Origin: a virus
Taxonomy: Duplodnaviria > Caudoviricetes
Direction: 5' to 3' (one strand)
DNA: 28,026 nucleotides
IMG/VR virus record: IMGVR_UViG_3300020294_000022
Location: 1 to 28,026 of that record
Under the pieces are notes generated by a model. The model made no database searches and was not told the DNA's origin. It saw only the letters and a program-made list of their open reading frames with translations. Positions 1 to 8,500 of this stretch are shown here, piece after piece. Every line of letters starts with the position of its first letter. Position 1 is the first letter of the stretch. A program made the translations under genes and the position numbers.

Positions 1-1836
1 TTCCCACTAGACGCAACTGAAAGTGTAGACACCGATGGAGATGGTGTTGGTAATAATGCCGACACGGATGATGATAATGATGGACTAACTGATGCTCAAG
101 AAGCGACAGCTGGAACAAATCCATTGCTTGCTGATACAGACAGTGACTATATAGTTGATTCCGTTGATTCTGCTCCATTAGATGGATCTACACCAGCAGT
201 CAGTGATACTTCTGGTAGCGGAAGAAGTTCTACTTGTAGTCCTCCAGAAAGAGAGTTTTTCTTCACACATCAAGGATCTGATAAGCTTGATGGAGATTCT
301 TACAATAATAACAGTAGTACAACAGATTCAAATTTAGCAGTAATTCCACTTGCTTCCAGCGCATTAAAAGTAAGCGACACCACTTACGTTCCATTCGACA
401 ACACAGTGACGGTAGCTAGTCTTAATTTAACTGATGCTGTAAAATTTAATGACGGACAAACAGGATCCACAACTGGGTTAACTGTAAGTGATAGGTATGT
501 TACAAAAGCTGCCGCAGTAACTCTAGGTTATACTATTGGAATAATGAGGAACGCTGATAATACAGCAAAATCATTAACAGGGCAGAGTATAAATGATATT
601 CCTAGTGACGCAATAATGTATGCATACACAAATGATTTAGCCGCTAACGGAAGAGCTAATAGCGTAACAAGCGCAGTCGCAATAGTTGTTCCTATAGGGT
701 TTAGGGAGGTAACAAAACTATCTGTAGTTAATCATGCTATAAGAAGCAGTTCTAGCAACAATAAACATTTATATACAAGATTGGCTTCTATTCAAGTCAG
801 TCCATGTATAAGCGGGTTTACATATACTGCTCGGCCTTGGGTTGAGGTAACGTCAGGATTAAGTTCAACTCAACAGCCAATAACTACAGGCACTGACTCT
901 ACAGGTTTAAATGGACCTATTCAAGCGGTAGCTAATCAATCTCTAACATTCCCTCAAGTTACCGCTTATACAGAACCTAGTGGTTCAAGTACTATTACAT
1001 TTTCAGATAAATATACTGAGGCAGATGGAGGAGATGCCTTTAAGCTTGGGGTATTAACAACTGGTTCGATAAATCAGACTATTGGTCCTATGTTTAAGCA
1101 AACAGGATTTAATCAAGAGACAATTAAACTTCATTCCTATTACAATACATTGCCTCCATTAACAATAAATATAAAAAACAAAAGTTTTGGAGAAACATAT
1201 CCTTCAGGAGCTCAAATTACTGCAAGCGCTGCGTCTGGAGATATAGGGTCTGGTGTATCTGTTGATTCAAGCGGAAACATTACAGTAAGCTCTATGGGAA
1301 GCACAAGTTACACCAACACCCTTTCTCATCCAGATATTCCTGGTGCGACAATTCACACGGGAAGTTTTACCTATGATAGCAACGGTCAAAAAATATACAC
1401 GCCATTTAAGGCACAGTTTATTGAAATTGACTCTTTGGGGGATGATGAATGGCAGTTACAAAGAACTGGTACGCCTTTTCCTAATAATAGCGCTGCTTTC
1501 CCAGTAACTACAGGATACTCAAATTATCCCTACGGCGGTTCAACTGACAATAGCCAATGGAATAACACAACGACTATACAAAACGGTGAATATGGGCCTT
1601 TCGGCGCACTAGACCTTATTGGAGGGGTTTTCTATTCTTCGTTTGCCAACAAACCTGGAACGGTTGATGTTAGGATTGATATGGTATTTTACATTAAAGA
1701 TTTTGTTCCAAAATATGGTATTTTAATAACAACGAGCGACACACCTCCTACGGTTAGCAATGCTGCAACATCTGTATTTTATCCAGGATCAGGCACGGAC
1801 CCATTAATACTTAAAACTTTAACTATAAACATATAG
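1..1836 (+). CDS. Virion/tail-associated protein with thrombospondin type-3-like Ca-binding repeats (5'-truncated)
   Basis: Frame 1 is open from base 1 (FPLDATESVDTDGDGVGNNADTDDDNDGLTDAQEATAGTNPLLADTDSD), so the true start lies upstream of the window, not at 124. DxDxDG motifs are followed by an S/T/G-rich beta-type region. Sits in the structural cluster. Confidence 0.7.
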   Translation, partial: FPLDATESVDTDGDGVGNNADTDDDNDGLTDAQEATAGTNPLLADTDSDYIVDSVDSAPLDGSTPAVSDTSGSGRSSTCSPPEREFFFTHQGSDKLDGDSYNNNSSTTDSNLAVIPLASSALKVSDTTYVPFDNTVTVASLNLTDAVKFNDGQTGSTTGLTVSDRYVTKAAAVTLGYTIGIMRNADNTAKSLTGQSINDIPSDAIMYAYTNDLAANGRANSVTSAVAIVVPIGFREVTKLSVVNHAIRSSSSNNKHLYTRLASIQVSPCISGFTYTARPWVEVTSGLSSTQQPITTGTDSTGLNGPIQAVANQSLTFPQVTAYTEPSGSSTITFSDKYTEADGGDAFKLGVLTTGSINQTIGPMFKQTGFNQETIKLHSYYNTLPPLTINIKNKSFGETYPSGAQITASAASGDIGSGVSVDSSGNITVSSMGSTSYTNTLSHPDIPGATIHTGSFTYDSNGQKIYTPFKAQFIEIDSLGDDEWQLQRTGTPFPNNSAAFPVTTGYSNYPYGGSTDNSQWNNTTTIQNGEYGPFGALDLIGGVFYSSFANKPGTVDVRIDMVFYIKDFVPKYGILITTSDTPPTVSNAATSVFYPGSGTDPLILKTLTINI

Positions 1837-1838
1837 AC

Positions 1839-2786
1839 ATGAAGTATAGATCAGGATATAAAAAAGTTAAAACGCTAAGGAAATATGTTAATGGACAGCC
1901 TACTAATATAACCAAAGCTAATGTATCTTCAGACACTGATTATATTGAAAAATACTTGTCTGACGAATGCCCTGTTAATACGCTTCCATCTGGGATAACT
2001 GTTACCCCAACAACGCCATCTACTCAGGCATACAAGAATCCAACAGTTACTGGTTCAAACAACTATACGGTGAGCTTTAGTGAGTATGTAAATGGATGGA
2101 CATCCTTTCACTCTTGGATACCAGAGTCTATGGTTAATATGAATGGGTATTTTTTTACATTTAAAAGCGGTCAGCTGTATAAACATCATGCAAATGACGC
2201 CAACAGAAACAACTTTTATGGAGCAACATATCCTTCGGAGTTAGAGTTTGTATCTAATGACGCATCAGGAGATGTTAAAATGTTTAAAACCATAGAAATT
2301 GAGGGAGATGCTAAAGATTGGGATGTAACTATTGCAACAAATCTAGACCAGGGTCATATAGATAAAAGTTCCTTTGAAAAGAAAGAAGGGTTTCATTACT
2401 CTTATATAAGAAGAGACGCTACGGATTTAGTTAATACCGAGTTATTGTCTGTTCAGGGGGTTGGGATGCTTATTAGCACTACAACAAATGTTTACAATTT
2501 TACATCAGTTCCTTCTGAAATATCTGTAGGAGATTCTCTTTACAAGGCTACGTCAGGTAGCTATCAATTAATTGGAACTATATCAGGGATGACAGCAACG
2601 TCTATAACAACAAGCGCATCAGCGGTCACCCCTTCTGTAAACGATTTTATATTTGGGGCCAAGTCTCCTGTAGCAGAATCGTATGGTTTAAAAGGTTATT
2701 TTGCAAATATTAAGATATCAAATACAAGTAATTCTAAGGTTGAAGTTTTTGCTGTAAACTCAGAGGTTTCGAAAAGCTTCCCTTAA
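1839..2786 (+). CDS. Tail structural protein resembling the C-terminal part of Bacteroidota podophage tail stabilisation proteins
   Basis: Motifs TVSFSE..NGWTSF.SW.PE, FFTFK.G.LYKH, NRNNFYG, K.FKTIE.EG, F..KEG..Y.YI, GLKGYF, E.FAV.SE, recalled from this family; located just before the internal virion genes. Confidence 0.65.
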   Translation: MKYRSGYKKVKTLRKYVNGQPTNITKANVSSDTDYIEKYLSDECPVNTLPSGITVTPTTPSTQAYKNPTVTGSNNYTVSFSEYVNGWTSFHSWIPESMVNMNGYFFTFKSGQLYKHHANDANRNNFYGATYPSELEFVSNDASGDVKMFKTIEIEGDAKDWDVTIATNLDQGHIDKSSFEKKEGFHYSYIRRDATDLVNTELLSVQGVGMLISTTTNVYNFTSVPSEISVGDSLYKATSGSYQLIGTISGMTATSITTSASAVTPSVNDFIFGAKSPVAESYGLKGYFANIKISNTSNSKVEVFAVNSEVSKSFP

Positions 2787-2793
2787 TATTTAG

Positions 2794-2801
2794 TATATTT
2801 G
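2794..2801 (+). promoter_or_regulatory. Bacteroidota-type -7 promoter element (TATATTTG)
   Basis: Exact TAnnTTTG match in the 20-nt intergenic gap, 5 nt before ATG 2807. No clear -33 TTTG. Confidence 0.5.
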
Positions 2802-2806
2802 CATTA

Positions 2807-3208
2807 ATGAAATTTAATTTAAGAGCAGTCTCTGGAGAGGACTATGATAATGTTCTTTTAAAATGGTGGAAAAACTGGGGATGGGAAGCACCACCCAAAG
2901 ATTTTTTACCAGAAACCGGATTAATTGTGTCAAAAGACAATGTTGATATTTGTGCAGGGTTTCTATACCTTACAAATTCAAAGGTTGGACTGACAGAGTT
3001 TGTGGTTTCAAACAAAGAATATAGAGACTCAGACAGAGGAGAAGCTTTAGACTTTCTTTTAGATTGTATTCTAGAGCTGGCAGATGAAAATGGATGTAAA
3101 TACGCTCATGTTATTTTAAAGAACAAGAGCTTATTAAGAAGATATAAAAGGGCTGGATATATAGAGTCCGATAAAAACGTTTTAGAATTAGTTAAAGCAT
3201 GGCAATAG
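2807..3208 (+). CDS. GNAT-fold acetyltransferase-like protein (position equivalent to T7 gp13)
   Basis: 133 aa with FVVSNKEYR...RGEAL and terminal RYKRAGY, a GNAT motif A/B-like pattern; sits between tail and ejection genes. Confidence 0.6.
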   Translation: MKFNLRAVSGEDYDNVLLKWWKNWGWEAPPKDFLPETGLIVSKDNVDICAGFLYLTNSKVGLTEFVVSNKEYRDSDRGEALDFLLDCILELADENGCKYAHVILKNKSLLRRYKRAGYIESDKNVLELVKAWQ

Positions 3209-3891
3209 CAACTGGAACAGCGATAGCATTAGGAGTGACAGCAGCAGCAGGAGCTGCTACCGCAATATCCGGAGCGGCTAGAGCTAAAAGAGCAAAAAAG
3301 GCGCTACAAAACTTTAAGCGTCAAGAATTATCACAAACAGAAGGGCTAAGAGTGTCTACACTAGGGGCGGAGTTACAAACAGAAGCAGCCTTGCAAAGGC
3401 AGGCTACAAGTGTTGATGCTCTACAAGCTGGTGGTGTAAGAGGATTAGTCGGAGGTCTCGGAAGAGTTGAGGCGGCCCAGGGACAACAACAAAGACAAAT
3501 ATCAGCAGACCTGGATAGACAGCAAATGCAAATAGAAAGGATGCAGTTTCAAGAGGCTCAATCTTTAAGACAGATGCAGGAATCAAGGGAAAACTTTCAA
3601 ATAGGAGCTTTAATGTCAGAGCAGCAAGCTGGACAGCAAGCCGTAACTGCTGGATTAACGCAAATAGGAGGCGCTGCAATGTCTGGATTAACGTCAATGG
3701 CTTCAATGCAGGCTAAGGATCCTTTTGTTGGAGGAGGAGTAAAATCAACTATGAAAAATCCAGCTTTACCAAACATAAATCCGATTAAGTCTGATTACTC
3801 TAATTTTGGAATGGACACCGTAAAAAGATCTCAAAACATGAATACCTCGCTAACAGGTAATTCATCAGATTTTTCAAGGTTTATAAATTAA
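3199..3891 (+). CDS. Putative internal virion/DNA ejection protein (small, gp14-like)
   Basis: Ala/Gly-rich hydrophobic N-terminus, Gln-rich coiled coil, second Gly/Ala segment; synteny. Confidence 0.6.
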   Translation: MAIATGTAIALGVTAAAGAATAISGAARAKRAKKALQNFKRQELSQTEGLRVSTLGAELQTEAALQRQATSVDALQAGGVRGLVGGLGRVEAAQGQQQRQISADLDRQQMQIERMQFQEAQSLRQMQESRENFQIGALMSEQQAGQQAVTAGLTQIGGAAMSGLTSMASMQAKDPFVGGGVKSTMKNPALPNINPIKSDYSNFGMDTVKRSQNMNTSLTGNSSDFSRFIN

Positions 3892-3901
3892 AGAAATTAA
3901 A

Positions 3902-5551
3902 ATGGCAGCAAGAGATTATGTAGCGGGGTTTCAGGTGGCAGGCGGAGGAAAAGCTAATGTTGTTGATCTTTCAGCAGCAGCAGCAGGTGTCGCCGCATAT
4001 GGGTTGGAACAAGCTGAAGAAACCAGAAAAAGACAAAAAGAGTTTGATGAGAATAGAGCGGCATTCAAGAAAGAAATGGCTGATACTTACGATCAATATG
4101 TTCGTGAAAATAACTTTGATGACACAGGTATTTTAGACTATGACGCAGCAACAGAAAAACTTAGAAATTCAATAAAACAATCTCATTTAGAGACAGAGTA
4201 TCTTTATGACCAAGGCACAATAGACGAGGCTGAGGTTAGAAGAAGAAACAATGAGATGAAAGGTCAGGTTGGTGAGGTTAAGAACCTTTCGGCAGACATA
4301 GTGGCTTACCAGGAAAAAGTTCAGAAATTAGAGGAAGAAGGAAAGGGAAGCGAGGTCAATGGCTTAAGAACAGATATTCTTGAGGCATTTTCTGAAAACT
4401 TTAATGTTGTTTCTACCGCAAAAGGATTACAGTATCAAACTGTTGTAGATGGAGAGGTTAAGGGAATAAATGCTGGTGAGTTCAAAAGAATACTAAATGC
4501 TGAACAAGGCGTAGATATAGAGAAAGACCTAGACGATCTTGTAAAACTTGGAGGCCTTGAAGAAAAAATAGAAGGCTACGGGCGTGATGCAAAAAAAGTA
4601 ACTGAATACCTTAGAGGAGAAGAGGGTAACGCTTTGTTGAAAACAAGAATAGATCAATGGAGTGCTTCAGAAAAGTATGATTACATGTTAAAAGCTGGTT
4701 TAGCAACAGATGACCCTGCGATTGCAAAAGAGGGAAAAATAAAACTAATAGATGGCGCTTCAATATTTAAAAAAGAAGTTAGTGAAGATGAAGATCAAGC
4801 AATCGCTGACCACATGGAAAAAGAGTTAACTAATAGGCTCTTATTTAAAGGAAAGAAAGAGCTTTATGACGACAAATATACTTTACAACAAATTAAAGAT
4901 AAAAATGCGGCTAATAGAACAGTTAAATCGTTAGTGGAATCAGCAGATATTGTTCAAACAGATAAAGACTCTGGGGATAAGCAAAGAGTAAGGGAGGTTT
5001 ATTCAAAAGACGGAAAGGGTATTCCGGTTGATTATTTAGTACAAACGCCAGGAAATAATATTAGTAGAGCAATGATGGATAGTATTGAGGGTATTCCAGG
5101 AGGAACACCTGTGCCGTTTGATGCTATAAAGAATACTAAATTTATAATGGAGAGAGGAGATATAGACACGGGGCTTATCGAAATAACTCTTGGTTATGAC
5201 TATGACGTTCCAAAAGAAAAAGAGAACTCTTTGGTTGAGGCAATAGGCAGAATGAGTGATGTTAAAAGAAGACAAAGTATAAGAAAATATGGTAAAGAAG
5301 CGGGGCTAGGAGATAGTGAAATACAAGCAATAGCCGATGACCCGCAAAAAGCAGTTAGCTTTTTAACCGATAGAGCCCCTAAAAAAGGATCTTCTACATT
5401 TAAATATGTGCCACAAAACTTGACTGAGTATAATAGAATTTTAACAAACACAGGTAGAAAACCAATATCTGATGCAGACTGGTCAAAACATGTTTCTGCT
5501 GTTAAGAGTAAGCAAAATTGGGCCAATAAGAAATTCTCAAGAAACCAATAG
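3902..5551 (+). CDS. Putative internal virion/ejection protein (medium, gp15-like)
   Basis: 549 aa, helical and charged; lies between the small and very large core genes. Confidence 0.5.
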   Translation: MAARDYVAGFQVAGGGKANVVDLSAAAAGVAAYGLEQAEETRKRQKEFDENRAAFKKEMADTYDQYVRENNFDDTGILDYDAATEKLRNSIKQSHLETEYLYDQGTIDEAEVRRRNNEMKGQVGEVKNLSADIVAYQEKVQKLEEEGKGSEVNGLRTDILEAFSENFNVVSTAKGLQYQTVVDGEVKGINAGEFKRILNAEQGVDIEKDLDDLVKLGGLEEKIEGYGRDAKKVTEYLRGEEGNALLKTRIDQWSASEKYDYMLKAGLATDDPAIAKEGKIKLIDGASIFKKEVSEDEDQAIADHMEKELTNRLLFKGKKELYDDKYTLQQIKDKNAANRTVKSLVESADIVQTDKDSGDKQRVREVYSKDGKGIPVDYLVQTPGNNISRAMMDSIEGIPGGTPVPFDAIKNTKFIMERGDIDTGLIEITLGYDYDVPKEKENSLVEAIGRMSDVKRRQSIRKYGKEAGLGDSEIQAIADDPQKAVSFLTDRAPKKGSSTFKYVPQNLTEYNRILTNTGRKPISDADWSKHVSAVKSKQNWANKKFSRNQ

Positions 5552-5552
5552 T

Positions 5553-8500
5553 ATGACTGATCCAAATCAAAACGGCGCTACCGTAGATATAAATCAAGAA
5601 GCACTAACATTAGCATATAATGATGCTTTTGATGGAGGATTTTCAGGTACTCAGGCTGAGTTTTTTCAGCTTTTATGTGAAGATGAGCAAGCTCAGGGCT
5701 GGTCTTTTGAATCTGCTCAATTAGGAGGTTTTGAAGGTTCTTTTGATGACTTTAAAGGCTTGTTGTCATTGCCTGATATAATTGAAAAAGTTGATAATGA
5801 GACACCAAAAGAGGATGATGAAGTAAAAAAAAAAGATACGTTTGGACCGCTTTCGGAAGAAGATACGAGATCTTTATCTCTCGAGTCTGAGTTTTCTTCG
5901 GCAGATCCTAACTTTAGCGTAGAAAAATCTGTTAAGTTTCAAGAAGAGTACAAAAAAGACAAGTATAAAAAAGCAGTAGAATATTTTAAAGATGCTCGTC
6001 CAGACTTAGACTTTCCAACAAAAGAAGAATACTATGGAGTTGGTAAAGCTCCAATGCTAACTGAAACTTCAGAATACAAGGATGTAACTGACATTTCTGC
6101 TGACGAAAAAAGAGTTAGAGAAGAGCAAGCAAAAATAGCGCAAGAATATAGAGAAGGTAAAAGAGAGTTAACCCCTCAACAATCCTTAGTAAATACATTA
6201 CACAACTCCCTAGGGCAGTTGGCAACTGTTGATGATACTTTTAGATACATGTATGGTGTTGTAACCAATGACATGAAACAAATTGGATTGGCAGAAGCTG
6301 AAATGGAAAGAGTAGACTCCATGGCCCAGCCAACAATGGAATTTACCGACGGCGCTAGCCTTACGGAAGATCCAGCAAAGTTTGCTGCTGCTGTTATTGA
6401 TGGTTTTTCTGGATTTGCAACTTCAGCCATAATATATAACCTGACAGGTGGTCCTTATACCATGGGGATTGGTTTAGCAAGTGATATGATAGCAAGGTCT
6501 ATTAGGGATCACAATAAAACAAAAGCCGAGGCAAATAAAACATCTGTAGAAGAATTACATAAAACCGGAGAGTTTGAGGTTTTGATTCCTGGATCCATAG
6601 GAGTTCTTGCTTATAAATTAGAAAAAGCAGGTATAAGGGGCGTTGGAACAGCGATTAATAGGCTAGCAACAAAGGGATACAGTAAACTTGCCAAATTATT
6701 AACGTTTGGAGGTTCTCAATTTCAAGAAGGAGCCACTGAATTTGGCCAAAACATTTTAGAAGACATAAATAATTTTTTAGCTAGCCTAAATGTTGAGGAA
6801 AGTAAAAAGATATACAGGGGAAGGCCAGATTTATTAGCTGAAGTAATAGGAAAAGAGTTTGTTAAATCAGCTACATCTAGAGAATCAAGGGAGGCTTTTT
6901 ATAAAGGAATTGCTGGAGGTGCAGGCGGGACCACTTTAGGTTCGGCTTATAAAAAAGTTATGTCTGTTACTAAATCCAAAGAAGAAACAGATAAACAAGA
7001 CGACCTAACAGAAAGAATATTAGACTTAGAAGCTATGGAAAGAAACCCATCGCTTAATGAGTCAGAAAAGGAAGGCATTAAAACATCTAAAGATGCAGCG
7101 CTCGAAGAGTTAAAAAGAATTCAAATAGAGGCTGAAAAAATGGCTGAAAACTACAGCCAAGAACAAATTGATGAGTTTGTGCAACTCAGAGAGGAACAAG
7201 TATTCTTAAACAATCAGCTCTGGACAACAGAAAATTCTAAGAACCTAAATAGAGAGCAGAAGAATAAAGTTATACAAAATCTACAGGATAAGTTTCAAAA
7301 AAATGTATCCAGGGTAAAGGAGATTCAGAAGGAAGCAATAGAAGGGGCTAAAACAAAAAAAGAAGAATCTCCTAGCCAACCAACCCAAGAAGAAGTGTTG
7401 GTTGAAGAAGAGACTGATCCTAAAGGTCGAACTTTCAAAAGGTATGCTACTACAACAGAAAAAGATGGCATAAAAACAACAACATACACATTCAATAGAA
7501 GCGACAAAGAAGCTTCTCAAAGAAGCAAATCTATTGTTAAGCCCGAGGTTGCGTTTGGTGAGAGATTTGAAGTAGACCCTGAGTCTGAGTACAATGATGT
7601 TATATTTGAAGATGAACTAAAAGTGGTCGGTGTTGAAAATATTTTAGAAAACCCTAATCCTAGGTCGGATCAAACTCAGTACCAATCAGATGTCGTGGTT
7701 GAAAATAAAGAGGGTGGCAGAACAACCTTGAAAGGAATAAGATTAAGGGAGAAAACCCCTCAACCAATAACTGAAACAGAATCAGGGTTAATTCTTACTG
7801 AAGAAGACGGATCTACATTTGTAGATCCAGAAGGGTCCTCTAGATATGCTATTGGTGAAACTCAAAGAACCGTAGCGGTTATTGATTCGTCTGGAAAACT
7901 TTTAGGGGCATTTGATGCTAAGACTGGTAAGAAAAGAAAAACCACTGAATCATCAGAGGCTGAATTAATAGATCAGTTTGATTACGATAAAGGAGAATCT
8001 GCTTTTGAAGGTTTAGAAGGGGTGGTAAAAGATCCAAATGAACTTATTGCAAGCAGAAGTAAAAATCCAAAAGAAGTTGCAAAAGCATATATTGAAGAGA
8101 AAAGTAAAAAACCTGAAGAAAAATCTGAAGAGGGGGATTCACAGCTTTTGTTAGATTTAAGAGAAAACAATCAAAGGTTTAGCCTCAAATCTTTGTTAGC
8201 TGAAAAAGGAAATATAAAAGAACTTTTTCCAGGCAAAAAAATTAATGAGCTATCGGACAAAGAATTAAGAAAGGCAAAAATTGACCTTAATAAAAACTAT
8301 CCAGGGATATTAAAATGGGTAGCCAAAGAAGATAAAAATACTAACATAGAAGATGTTTCCCGAGATAATTATGGCGTAGAACCTGATGATGTTTTTGAAG
8401 CAATTAAAGGGAAAAGCCCTGTTCCTAATAAAGTATCGGTAACAGAAGCAAATTTAAAAGAACTTTTTAAGGAACTAACGGGACTCAAAGGAACTGACTC

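Noticed and set aside
124-126. TTG start given in the ORF track
   Set aside because: The frame is open to base 1 and the repeat motif continues upstream.
5472-5552. N-terminal extension of the 1920-aa ORF
   Set aside because: It overlaps the upstream gene; ATG 5553 directly follows that gene's stop.
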